From NCBI GenBank assembly GCA_039028615.1, contig JBCCHT010000068.1, positions 1-40,300 of the forward strand: DNA of 40,300 nucleotides. The letters run 5' to 3'. This DNA is from Myxococcota bacterium. GTDB taxonomy: Bacteria > Myxococcota_A > Polyangia > Nannocystales > Nannocystaceae. The translations under genes were made by a program, and so were the position numbers. Below the pieces are notes generated by a model that worked only from the letters and a program-made list of their open reading frames with translations, was not told the DNA's origin and searched no databases. Of the stretch, positions 9,629 through 19,023 are shown one piece after another; positions within the stretch are counted from its first letter, which is position 1, and each line of letters begins with the position of its first letter.

Positions 9629-11427
9629 GATGGATCCTCTTGCTGCTCGAGGGCATGCACGATGGCGGCGGCGGCCCGCTCGACCGCCCGCCAGCTCGTA
9701 CTCGAACCGGACGCGCAGACCTCGAGCACGGCCTGCATGGTCGCGCGGGAGACCAAGCATGGCGGCCGGCGGCGCAACAACAGCTCGGTCAGCGCGTCGA
9801 CGGGTGAGGTCGGCGACGCGCTCGGGTCGTCGACTTCGGCTGCGGCTCGTTGCGCGTGGGCGCACGCGTCGGTCTGCAAGCGCTCGCCGTCGATGGGCCG
9901 CCAGGGCGGTGCGCCCTCGGTCCGCGCCACCGCCTGCGACACCGACCCCTGCCCGATTCGCTCGGGGGCAGGCGCTCGCTCGTCGGCCCCCCAGGTCTGC
10001 CCGTCTTCGTCCTGCAGCCCGGCCACGTAGTCCTCGTAGCTGTCGTTGGCCACCACCGTCAGCACGTTGACCTCGGGATCGAGCACACGCTCTCCGCTCT
10101 GGCCGACGGCCAGCCGCACGCCGCGGCCGATCTCCTGCCGCTTGCGGATCTCCGACCGAGACCGCGCGAGCGTGCACAACACGAACACGTTCGGGTTGTC
10201 CCAGCCCTCGCGCAAGGCGGAGTGCGACACCACGAAGCAGACCGGCTCCTCGAAGGACAGAAGCCGCTCCTTGTCGCGCATGATCAGCGCGTAGGCATGC
10301 TCGTCGGCCGCGCTCTGCCCCGTGCGGGAGTCGACGGCCACGCTACGCCCCGCCTTGCGGCGCTCGGCGAAGTACGCCGCGCAGACCTGGGAAAAGGAGT
10401 GCGGCGAGGCCTCGGCAGCCAGCGACTCCCAGCAGCGCTGAAGCTCACGGCGCACCAGCCCCTCGGGCTCGACCCAGTCGGCCACGTGCTCGACGAAGAG
10501 CAGCGACAACACCTTGATCCCGCGCGGTGCGAGCTCGGCCTGCCGCTTCACGTGCCGTCGCACGGTAGCCTCGATCTGGGCGGCGATGCGAGCGTGTCGG
10601 TCCTCGATCCCGGTCGCGGGTGCGGCCACCTCGATCCGCTTGACGAGCCCCTGCACGTGCGCCTGGCGAGGCGTCAGGCGATGCACGAGCGCGTGGCGAT
10701 GACGATGGGTAGCCGAGTAGCGGAGCACCAAGGCGGGCGCCAGATCGACCAGCGCGGCCCGGCTGCGGGGGCTCTCCATGCGCTGCGGTTCATCGAGCAC
10801 GACCACGGGGCGAACCGCCTGCAACGACGCGATGGGCGACTGCCCGGCGAACGCATCCGAAGGCCGCCGCATGAGGTTGCTGGCCTTGTTGAAGGCATCG
10901 AGGGTCACCACCATGATCTCGATCTGCGACGAGCGGGTGAACGCGCGTAAGCGACCGAGTCGGCTGCCGTCGTAGGCGAAGAAGCGGTGTCGAGTGCCCG
11001 GCAGGATGGCGGCGAAGTGCTCGGCGGTGATGCGCAGGGTCTTGAGCACGCCCTCGCGGATGGCCACCGAGGGCACGACCACCACGATCTTGCGCAGCCC
11101 ATGGCGGCGGGCCAGCTCGAGCACGGTCCGCAGGTAGGCATAGGTCTTGCCCGTGCCCGTCTCCATCTCCACGGCGAGCTGCGGGCCGATGCCCTCGCCT
11201 CGCGGGTCGAGCTCGGTGCGCGGCAAGCCAGCGGCGTCCTGAACCCCGTGCAAAGCCTCGAGCATGCGCTCGGCCTTCACCGTGACGCGATTGGCCACGA
11301 CCCCGTGCTCCCGCCCCGCGACCATGCCCTCGGCGACCGAGACGTGTGGTTGCCCGGCCACGACCTCCAGCACGGCCTGGATCGCCGCCCGCTGGTGCGG
11401 CTGGTCGGGATCGAAGCGCAGCTTCAT
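9625..11427 (-). CDS. res: Type III restriction-modification Res-like SF2 helicase/ATPase, shortened (600 aa), no recognisable endonuclease domain
   Basis: Starts MKLRFDPDQPHQ, with ATGA overlap with mod. Motifs METGTGKT, DEPQ, YSATH, GIKVLSLLF, ALREGWDNPNVF and QEIGRGVRL. No PD-(D/E)xK-type tail is visible. Confidence 0.88.
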   Translation of the reverse strand: MKLRFDPDQPHQRAAIQAVLEVVAGQPHVSVAEGMVAGREHGVVANRVTVKAERMLEALHGVQDAAGLPRTELDPRGEGIGPQLAVEMETGTGKTYAYLRTVLELARRHGLRKIVVVVPSVAIREGVLKTLRITAEHFAAILPGTRHRFFAYDGSRLGRLRAFTRSSQIEIMVVTLDAFNKASNLMRRPSDAFAGQSPIASLQAVRPVVVLDEPQRMESPRSRAALVDLAPALVLRYSATHRHRHALVHRLTPRQAHVQGLVKRIEVAAPATGIEDRHARIAAQIEATVRRHVKRQAELAPRGIKVLSLLFVEHVADWVEPEGLVRRELQRCWESLAAEASPHSFSQVCAAYFAERRKAGRSVAVDSRTGQSAADEHAYALIMRDKERLLSFEEPVCFVVSHSALREGWDNPNVFVLCTLARSRSEIRKRQEIGRGVRLAVGQSGERVLDPEVNVLTVVANDSYEDYVAGLQDEDGQTWGADERAPAPERIGQGSVSQAVARTEGAPPWRPIDGERLQTDACAHAQRAAAEVDDPSASPTSPVDALTELLLRRRPPCLVSRATMQAVLEVCASGSSTSWRAVERAAAAIVHALEQQEDPS

Positions 11428-13052
11428 AGCAGCGATAGCGGGTGTCGCCGGGCGAGGTTGAAGGCCAGTTCGTCGTCGAGGGCCTCGGCCCGACACACGA
11501 CGGAGGTGCTCGAGGTCAGGCCCCAGCCCGCGACGGCGTCGGCATCGAGCGCGGCGTCGAGGCTCACCACCAGGCGCCGCGCCCCGTGCTCCAGCGCCCA
11601 GCACTGCGAGCTCAGCCCTTCGATGCGGGCACTGAGCGGAAACCCGGCCGCGACCGCGGGGCCCCAGGGATCGCGCGGCCAGGGGTGGTGTTCGTCGCGG
11701 TCCTCGAGCTTGAAGCAACGCAGCCCTCGCCCGGATGGCCGCGCGGCCGCGATACGCAGGCGAGTGACGTCGGCGATGGTCTCCGCCCCCAGGGTCCGCG
11801 CGGGCGCATCGGCGGGCAGTTGCTCGGGCAGCTGCGCCAGGATGCACTGCCGCGATCCGCCCTGCTCGGCGTCGAGGCGGAAGACCGCTTCGGCCGTGGT
11901 CCCCGACCCCGCGAAGAAATCGAGCACCACCCCGTCGGGATCGGAGCCCAGCCGCAGGCAACGCTCGACGAGCTCGACCGGCTTGGGGTGATCGAACGCC
12001 GCCACGCCCAGGCGCTCTCGCAACGCTCGGGTGCCTCGCTCCGAGCGGAGCTCCGGCTCGTCCCACACCGACTTGGCCTTGGAGGTCTGCGCGCGGTGCT
12101 TCTCGTAGACGTTGAACACTCCGTCGCGTCGCCGCCGTGCCACGACCTCGAGCGTCCCGTTCTCGGAGATCGCTGCCTGCAAGCGCGGCTGCCCCCATCG
12201 CCACACGCTCGGCGACCCCTCGCGGTTGCGCGGCTCCGTGCGGATCCAGTCGGTGCGGGCCTCGACCGCGACCGGACACAGCCCGTCTTCGTCGGCCGCC
12301 TCGGCATCGACCCAGATCGGATAGAAGAGGTTGGGCCGATTGGCGGGCGAAAAGCGAGGGTTGCGATTGCGAAGCTCTCGCAGCTCGTAGGGCCCTCGCT
12401 CGTCGCGGTGCTTGGGCGCGGGCCCCTGCCGGGGCAGCGCGCGCACGGGCGCGTCGGGGCTCTTGCCGTAGCACAGCAGGTATTCGTGCGTCGTGGCGAT
12501 CCGCAGGTAGTCGCGTCCGCCTCGATTGCCGATGACCACCACCTGCGCCACGAAGCAGTCGGGACCGAAGACCTCGTCGAGCAGCACCCGCAGGTGGTGG
12601 ACCTCGTTGTCGTCGATGCTGATGAAGATCAGCCCGTCGTCCCGCAGCAACTCGTAGGCGACCCGCAGCCGGGGCTCCATCATCGCCAGCCAATTGGAGT
12701 GGAAGCGGCCGTGGGTCTCCGGGTTGGCGACCAGTCGCTCGCCCTGTTCGCCGGCCTGCCCGCTGCGACGCAGGTACTGCGCGGTGTCTTCGGCGAAGCG
12801 ATCGCGATAGATGAAGTCGTGCCCCGTGTTGTACGGGGGGTCGATATAGATGCACTGCACGGTGCCCGCGTAGGCGGGCCGCAGGATCTTCAGCGCGTCG
12901 AGGTTGTCGCCTTCGACCAGCACGTCCCCCGCGTCGTCGAAGTCGATGGACTCGGGCGCGTCGGCCACCAAGCGAGCCGCGGGTTCGTCGTGAGCGTGGG
13001 CGGCCGCCTCGGACTTGCCTGCGTAGCGCAAGCCGAACGGCTCAAGCTCCAT
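11424..13052 (-). CDS. mod: Type III R-M Mod subunit (N6-adenine DNA methyltransferase, beta class)
   Basis: VEGDNLDALKIL, IYIDPPYNTG, FISIDDNEV, FDHPKPVEL and VLDFFAGSGTT motifs; adjacent to res. Confidence 0.93.
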   Translation of the reverse strand: MELEPFGLRYAGKSEAAAHAHDEPAARLVADAPESIDFDDAGDVLVEGDNLDALKILRPAYAGTVQCIYIDPPYNTGHDFIYRDRFAEDTAQYLRRSGQAGEQGERLVANPETHGRFHSNWLAMMEPRLRVAYELLRDDGLIFISIDDNEVHHLRVLLDEVFGPDCFVAQVVVIGNRGGRDYLRIATTHEYLLCYGKSPDAPVRALPRQGPAPKHRDERGPYELRELRNRNPRFSPANRPNLFYPIWVDAEAADEDGLCPVAVEARTDWIRTEPRNREGSPSVWRWGQPRLQAAISENGTLEVVARRRRDGVFNVYEKHRAQTSKAKSVWDEPELRSERGTRALRERLGVAAFDHPKPVELVERCLRLGSDPDGVVLDFFAGSGTTAEAVFRLDAEQGGSRQCILAQLPEQLPADAPARTLGAETIADVTRLRIAAARPSGRGLRCFKLEDRDEHHPWPRDPWGPAVAAGFPLSARIEGLSSQCWALEHGARRLVVSLDAALDADAVAGWGLTSSTSVVCRAEALDDELAFNLARRHPLSLL

Positions 13053-14391
13053 GCGCGCGCGCCTCGGGTCGACCGTGCTGTCCCGGGGCCATGGTCACGA
13101 CCCGGGCCTGCGTGCCATCGCCCTCGATCTGCACGTGGACTCGCTTCCCCGCCCACGACGCGGCCTCCGGGGGCAACGCCACCCGCAGGTAGTCGTCGGT
13201 CAGCGCCTCGAGCCGACCGTCACGGCGAGGCCGACGATGCACCACCGCGTCGGCGACTCGGCCCACCGCCGCGCGCTGACGTTGCTCGGTGTGCGCGGCC
13301 GAGATGACCCGCAGCGCGGCCACGCGACGGCTTCGCTCCGCGTCGGGGACCTGGTCGGGCATGCTCGCCGCGGGGGTGTCGCGACGCGCCGAGAACGGGA
13401 ACACGTGGAGGTAGGCGAGCGGCAGGCTCCGCAACAGCGCCGCCCCGCGCTCGAAGGCCAGCGGGTCCTCGCCCGGGTGCCCAGCGATGACGTCCGAGCC
13501 GATGGCGATGCCGGGAATGGCATTGGTGGCGCGATGGACCAGGTCGGCGAAGGTCCCCGCGGTGTGGCCCCTTCGCATGCGACGGAGCACGCCGTCGTCG
13601 CCCGCTTGCACGGGCAGGTGCAGGTGCCGACAGATCGTATCGGGGTGCGCGGCCATCAGCGCGAGCAGCTCGTCGTCGACCTCCTGCGGATCGATGGAGC
13701 TCAGCCGCAGGCGAGCCGGCCCCAGCTCGGGCAGCAGCGCGCGCACCATGTCGGCCAGGCGTTGCCGCGGCCGCAGGTCTCGCCCGTAGGTCCCCAGGTG
13801 CACGCCCGTGAGCACGATCTCGGGCACCCCGGCCGCCACCATGCGACGGGCCTGCTTCACCACCTCGGGGATGGCCAGGCTCCGCGACGAGCCGCGCACC
13901 TTGGGCACGATGCAGAACGCACAGCGATAGTTGCACCCGTCCTGCACCTTGAGCATCGCCCGCGAGCGACGGGGCGCGACCGCAGGCGGCAGCGGCGTGA
14001 AGGGCAGGCGCCGCGTCAGGGCCGACGGAGCGATGAGCGTCGGGGCCGGGGTGGGACCCAGCGTCTCGAGCACTTCGTTCAGCTCGGCCTTGCGACCGTT
14101 GCCCAGCACCGCATCCAGCCCGGGCAGAGCGGCGGCGGCCTGCGGATCGGCGTCGACGTGGCACCCGGTCATGACCACCCGCAATGAAGGATGGTCGCGA
14201 CGCGCCCGACGGACCGCCCGGCGCGCGTCCGCATCGGCGCGGTGGGTCACCGTGCAGGTGTTGAGCACGTAGACCTCGGCATCCTCCAGGTCCTCGACCA
14301 CGGTATGCCCCGCCCGTTGCAGGGCCTCGGCCATCGCGTCCGACTCGAACTGGTTGAGGCGACAGCCGTGCGTGTCGATTGCCACCCGCAC
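13042..14391 (-). CDS. mtaB: tRNA t6A37 methylthiotransferase (radical SAM)
   Basis: GCRLNQFES, NTCTVT, VMTGC, KVQDGCNYRCAFCIVP and LTGVHLG motifs; likely GTG start at 14391. Confidence 0.9.
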   Translation of the reverse strand: MRVAIDTHGCRLNQFESDAMAEALQRAGHTVVEDLEDAEVYVLNTCTVTHRADADARRAVRRARRDHPSLRVVMTGCHVDADPQAAAALPGLDAVLGNGRKAELNEVLETLGPTPAPTLIAPSALTRRLPFTPLPPAVAPRRSRAMLKVQDGCNYRCAFCIVPKVRGSSRSLAIPEVVKQARRMVAAGVPEIVLTGVHLGTYGRDLRPRQRLADMVRALLPELGPARLRLSSIDPQEVDDELLALMAAHPDTICRHLHLPVQAGDDGVLRRMRRGHTAGTFADLVHRATNAIPGIAIGSDVIAGHPGEDPLAFERGAALLRSLPLAYLHVFPFSARRDTPAASMPDQVPDAERSRRVAALRVISAAHTEQRQRAAVGRVADAVVHRRPRRDGRLEALTDDYLRVALPPEAASWAGKRVHVQIEGDGTQARVVTMAPGQHGRPEARAHGA

Positions 14392-14456
14392 GCCCGAAGG
14401 CTTAGCAGAACCCCGCCCGCGGCGAAATACCGCCGCCCCCGCGACTGCCGCAGGCG

Positions 14457-15428
14457 CTAGTCGATGCGCTGCGGCGCGCTGCGGCCCGGACTCCAGCGCC
14501 ATCCATCCGTGTCGCCGCCGACCTGCACCCCGCCCACATGCCGTACCGGGGCCGTCCCGTGCTGCATATAGTCCCGCCGACCCGCGCGAGCATCGTGCCC
14601 GAGCGCGGTGGCGGTGACGGTGCGGTCCTGCCACGCGCCCTCCGAAAACTCGACCGCCCCGCCCCGCGCCAGCCGGGACAGCACCGCCCAGAACATGAGG
14701 TCCCCCAGGTAGGGGCGTGGCTCGAGCTCGTAGGTCAGGGTGCGAAACAAGGACCCCGCCGACACCGGGCCCGACTCCAGCGCGTCGAGGGTCAGTCGCT
14801 CGGTCAGCGAAAGACCCGTGTCGATCCAGGGAAGCTCCTGCAGGTGCCGCGAAAGCGCCCCCGCCATGATCGGCAGCGCCACCGTGCCCGACTCCGCGAT
14901 GGCATGCAGCGACCGCGGCGACGGCTCGCACAGCGCGGCCCAGACCTCGGTGCCCAGCTCGAGCAGGTCGTCGCCGACCGGCGCCCGCACGCGATGCAGA
15001 CTACGAAGCGCGGTGGAGGACAGCTGCCCCAGGCCGTGGAAGGGCTCGACGCCATCGAAGCGATCGATGCACACGATCGACAGCGCGCCCGCGGGGCGGC
15101 GGCGGGCGAACTCGGTCAGCACCCGCGCCAGGATCAACTGATCGTAGCTGTCGTGCTCGAACCACAGCACCACGTCGCGGTAGCGCTCCGCCGCCGTGGC
15201 CAGCTCCTGGTAGCCACGGTTCAGTTGGGCCTCGACCTCGGCCCGCGTCCCGCCGTAGCTGTCGGCGATGAACTGCGCCCGCGTGGCCAGCAACGCCGCG
15301 CCATCGACCACGGGGCCGTCGCAATACGGATCGGAGAACTCGAGGAAATCGCCCTCCACGCCCGCTTGCTGCAGCGCCTCGCGAATGTCGGAGCCACAGC
15401 GAATGTGAACGGTGTCGTGACTCGTCAT
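14457..15428 (-). CDS. DUF1835-family protein
   Basis: HIRCGSD, DPYCDGPV, VVLWFEHDSYDQL, RHLQELPW.DTGLSLTER and YLGDLMF motifs; ATG at 15428 overlaps the putP stop. Confidence 0.75.
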   Translation of the reverse strand: MTSHDTVHIRCGSDIREALQQAGVEGDFLEFSDPYCDGPVVDGAALLATRAQFIADSYGGTRAEVEAQLNRGYQELATAAERYRDVVLWFEHDSYDQLILARVLTEFARRRPAGALSIVCIDRFDGVEPFHGLGQLSSTALRSLHRVRAPVGDDLLELGTEVWAALCEPSPRSLHAIAESGTVALPIMAGALSRHLQELPWIDTGLSLTERLTLDALESGPVSAGSLFRTLTYELEPRPYLGDLMFWAVLSRLARGGAVEFSEGAWQDRTVTATALGHDARAGRRDYMQHGTAPVRHVGGVQVGGDTDGWRWSPGRSAPQRID

Positions 15429-16837
15429 GTTCGTTCCCTCCCCCACCAGGCCACCGCCAATGCAACCGCGAAGGGCACCACACGCTCCCAGGGGCCGCCC
15501 GCCATGCCTTCGATCGAATACGCAGCCACGCTCAGCGAAAAGCCCAGCACGATGGAGGCCAAGCGAGCGCCGGGCCGGACCGCCCCCGCGCTCACGCGCA
15601 CGAGCAGCAGGGGGCCGAAGGCGGAGCCCATGGCCGTCCATGCAAAGAGCACCCGCGAGAAGATTTCCTTGCTCCCCCACAATGCCAGGCCGATCGCGAT
15701 GGCGCTCAGCAGCACCACCACGATTCGCGTCCGGGCCAAGGGCGGCTGCTTGCCCGCCTCCGGGTCCTCACCGCGCAGATCGTGGGCCACCGACGACGCC
15801 GCCACCAGCAGCTGGCTGTCGGCCGTCGACATCACCGCCGAGAGCACCGCCGCGATCATCACCCCCGCCACCATCGGCGGCAGCAGCGAGCGCGTGGTCT
15901 CGATGAACGCCACCTCAGCGTCGGCCAAGGGCGGCAGCAGGGCCCGCGCGCACCAGCCCACGACCAGCATGCCCGTGTACATGACCACCGCCCAGCCGAT
16001 CGCGATGGCGCGCCCGCGAACCAGCGAGTGTTCGTCGCGCACGGCCATGAAGCGATTGACCACGTGAGGTTGGCCCGGGTAGCCGAGCCCGATCCCGAGC
16101 AACCCCACCACAAACCCGATCGCCGCCGCGGTCGGCATGCCCCGCACGAAGCTCGTGTACCCATCGACCGAGACGTCCCCGAGCGAGGCCATGAGCGGCC
16201 CCGGACCCCCCACCGCGACCAGGGCCGCGAGCGGGACGATGATCGCCGCCGCGGCCATCACCAGCCCCTGGAGCGTGTCGGTGATGCTCACCGCCCAAAA
16301 GCCCCCGAGCAGCGTGTACAGCACGATGATGCCGCCCCCGAGCCCGATGGCGGCGGGCATGGACATATCGAAGGTCTGGTGGAAGGTCTTGCCCGCCCCC
16401 TGGAACTGCGCGGCGACATAGGCCAGCAGCGAGATGAGCACGATGGCGGTGCAGACCCAGCGGATCGCCGACGACCCCCGGGAGCCCGGCGGACCCGCCA
16501 GGACATCGGTGACCGTCAGCGAGCCGTCGTCGTGGCTCAGCCGTCGCAGCCGCGGGCCGAGGAAGTACCAGTTGATGATGAAGCCGGCAAAGCAGGCGGG
16601 AAAGAGCCAGAACGCGCCCAGCCCCCACGAGTAGGCCGCCCCGCTGACCCCGAGCAGCGTCCAGGCCGAGGACGAGGAGGCCGACGCCGAGATGGCCGCG
16701 ACCCAGGGCCCGAGCTGTCGGCCGCCGAGAAAGAAGTCGGCCGTGTCGTGCGTGCGCCGGTTCGCGATCAAACCGATTCCCACCAAGACGAGCTTGTAGA
16801 GGATCAGAGTGATCGCGATTGCGAGAGACTCACTCAC
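15425..16837 (-). CDS. putP: Sodium/proline symporter (SSS family)
   Basis: DFFLGGRQLGPWVAAISASASSSSAW, GLGYPGQPHVVNRFMA and SAVMSTADSQLL motifs; many TM helices. Confidence 0.88.
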   Translation of the reverse strand: MSESLAIAITLILYKLVLVGIGLIANRRTHDTADFFLGGRQLGPWVAAISASASSSSAWTLLGVSGAAYSWGLGAFWLFPACFAGFIINWYFLGPRLRRLSHDDGSLTVTDVLAGPPGSRGSSAIRWVCTAIVLISLLAYVAAQFQGAGKTFHQTFDMSMPAAIGLGGGIIVLYTLLGGFWAVSITDTLQGLVMAAAAIIVPLAALVAVGGPGPLMASLGDVSVDGYTSFVRGMPTAAAIGFVVGLLGIGLGYPGQPHVVNRFMAVRDEHSLVRGRAIAIGWAVVMYTGMLVVGWCARALLPPLADAEVAFIETTRSLLPPMVAGVMIAAVLSAVMSTADSQLLVAASSVAHDLRGEDPEAGKQPPLARTRIVVVLLSAIAIGLALWGSKEIFSRVLFAWTAMGSAFGPLLLVRVSAGAVRPGARLASIVLGFSLSVAAYSIEGMAGGPWERVVPFAVALAVAWWGRERT

Positions 16838-16893
16838 GGCGAGGCACAGGGTAGCAGGCCCCGAGCCCCATCACGGACGACTCCGAGCGGAGC

Positions 16894-17322
16894 CTACTCG
16901 GCCGGAGCGTACTGGTCGGCCCACATGAGTTCCATCATGGCGTAGAGCCCGTTGGCATCGTCCTCGTCGTAGGAGGACACCAAGCCCATGTCGGGATGGA
17001 GATCGTCGACGACGGCCATCGCGGCCTCGCCGGAGCTGAAGCCCATCGCCTCGTACTCGTGCAGGGCATCGCGAGACGGCGCCATGCTCGAGTGGCACGT
17101 GCTCGCGGTGCCGCCGCATCCCCCGGTGGGCGGAGGCGGCGGAGGCGGAGGCGTGATGTCGCAACCATCGTCGCGAATGTCCTCCAGCCCCAGCGCGTCG
17201 CGATCCAGCTGCTGGTCACAGCCCCCCAACAGGACCAACGCCAGCGCTCCGGCCCAACTCGCGTGCACGCCCATCATCCGCGTGCGACATCCTCGACTCT
17301 TCATGATTGACTGATTCTTCAT
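16894..17322 (-). CDS. Hypothetical lipoprotein with poly-Pro tract
   Basis: ATG at 17322 with GGGGAG upstream; lipobox-like LLGGC; P8 run; GC3-rich codons. Start uncertain. Confidence 0.6.
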   Translation of the reverse strand: MKNQSIMKSRGCRTRMMGVHASWAGALALVLLGGCDQQLDRDALGLEDIRDDGCDITPPPPPPPPTGGCGGTASTCHSSMAPSRDALHEYEAMGFSSGEAAMAVVDDLHPDMGLVSSYDEDDANGLYAMMELMWADQYAPAE

Positions 17323-17499
17323 TGCTGCTCCCCGGATCACCCCAAATGGCAATCGATGTATCTGTTTCGAGACGCGTCGTGCTCGACCGACCGAGCACTG
17401 GCGCACAGGTTCATTGGCGGCTCCGGACCAGCGACGGATAGGTCGCGCCCGAGCCCAAAATCGTGTTCGTGACAGTCCTTGGCGGCGACGTTCTCCGCT

Positions 17500-18720
17500 C
17501 TACCGCGCACGCAGTGTGTAGCCAGCCGCTCCGCGGGACGTGATGGCGATGAAGGCCGAGTCCCCGGCGCCGATCGACACGGAGGTCTCGGGCTCCAGCG
17601 AGGTCACTCGAACCTCCTCGTCGCCCACGACGACCACCCGACCGGCGATCAGGTCGTTGCGATCCGACGCGAACTCGAGGGTGCGCACCTCGGGGTCCAC
17701 GATGTCGATGTAGTCGATGCCGTACTCGGAGACCGAGCCCGACACCTCCGACTCCAACGTGAGTTCATCGGCGACGCGGACATCGGGCACGTCGAAGCTC
17801 GAGAAACCGTAGCCGAGCTGCGGCGCGTCGAGGTACATGGCGACGATCATGTCTTGATACAACTCGAACGCGCCTTTGGGATCTCCCACCTGCTCGAGCG
17901 CGGCGTCGATCCCATCCCAGCCATCCTTGGGCTCGAACGTGATCGCCTGCATGAGCGAGGCACCGCCCCGTTCCCACAAGAAGCTGCCCCACAAAAGCGC
18001 CGCCCCGTAGTCGAATTCGTGGACCTCCGGCTCGCCCGGCCCCCAGTTGCGATCCGGTTGGGCGACGAAGCCCTCGAGCCACTCGATGTCGGTGAAGTAG
18101 CCGTTGGCCGTCATCGCGGCCTCCGCCAGGCTCTCCTCGACCCACATCGCCTCGTCCTCGTCATACGCCCCGTGGATCACGTGTTGGATCTCGTGGGTCG
18201 CGATGGACGCGGAGAACTCTCCGTCGAGCGGCTGCAGCAGCGGCCCGTCGAGGTGGATCTGCGGGTACTCGCACCAGTCGCACAGGTAGCCGTCGCCGCC
18301 GCCGTGGGTATCGACGACGAAGATCGGCAGCTTGCCCCCCGGGAACTGCGAGTCGTCGAGCGGGCCGAAGATCGCCTCGTTGTTCATCAGCGCGCCTTGG
18401 CCGGGATCGATGCTCCCCGATGGCGATTGCTCCTCCAAGATTCGGATGAGCCCGTCGATGGACTCGTCGGACACGACCCCCGGGTCGACGTCGTCGGCCA
18501 CGTAGACCACCACGTGCTCCCCTTCGGCGCGACACGTCGCGGTCACCGTCTCGAGGGAGAAGCTCTCCCCGTTGTAGACGAACGTGTACGGAAACTCTTC
18601 CCCGCACGACTCGGCCTGCTCTTCGGCACCACCGGGGCCTCCAGTCCGGCCCGTGGCCTCGGGATCACAGCCGCCCGCGAGCAACAGGGCCACCCCCACC
18701 ATTGCCGCGCAGTTGTTCAT
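17500..18720 (-). CDS. Lipoprotein zinc metallopeptidase (gluzincin, M30/hyicolysin-like)
   Basis: Lipobox LAGGC; HEIQH (HExxH) followed by WVEESLAE (third-ligand Glu); DYGAALLW. Start uncertain (18720 or 18744). Confidence 0.72.
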   Translation of the reverse strand: MNNCAAMVGVALLLAGGCDPEATGRTGGPGGAEEQAESCGEEFPYTFVYNGESFSLETVTATCRAEGEHVVVYVADDVDPGVVSDESIDGLIRILEEQSPSGSIDPGQGALMNNEAIFGPLDDSQFPGGKLPIFVVDTHGGGDGYLCDWCEYPQIHLDGPLLQPLDGEFSASIATHEIQHVIHGAYDEDEAMWVEESLAEAAMTANGYFTDIEWLEGFVAQPDRNWGPGEPEVHEFDYGAALLWGSFLWERGGASLMQAITFEPKDGWDGIDAALEQVGDPKGAFELYQDMIVAMYLDAPQLGYGFSSFDVPDVRVADELTLESEVSGSVSEYGIDYIDIVDPEVRTLEFASDRNDLIAGRVVVVGDEEVRVTSLEPETSVSIGAGDSAFIAITSRGAAGYTLRAR

Positions 18721-19023
18721 CTTCGACGTCTTGCCACCAACCATCTCGAACGGGTCCTTTCGCGAGTACGACTCGCCGCGTCATCGGCTCCGAGCGCGGC
18801 GTGCCATGCCGCCGTTCGGGAACCCAACCTCATCGAAGCGTGAATACGAGGGCTCGCCGTGGAGCCGGCTCCGTTGCGGCGACGCGTCGACCGTGACGCC
18901 GCAACCAGTAGTGCCCCTACTCGACCAAGTTCATTCACCGCGGGCCGATGCGATGCGGGCCGGCGAAGATCGGTCGGGCGCTTGGCCGACGCACGTGGGC
19001 CGAGAACGGCATTTCCGCCCAGT

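Noticed and set aside
7133..10030. 965-aa plus-strand ORF and other long antisense ORFs (e.g. 26454-29237, 29795-32143)
   Set aside because: Shadow ORFs opposite well-supported genes, expected in high-GC DNA, with no recognisable motifs.
9625..12855. 1076-aa Res or a Mod-Res fusion, as given in the ORF track
   Set aside because: The extension overlaps mod in another frame and is Arg/Ala-rich noise; the real start is ATG 11427.
9625..13052. mod-res as part of a mobile element
   Set aside because: No integrase, transposase, flanking repeats or evident GC shift.
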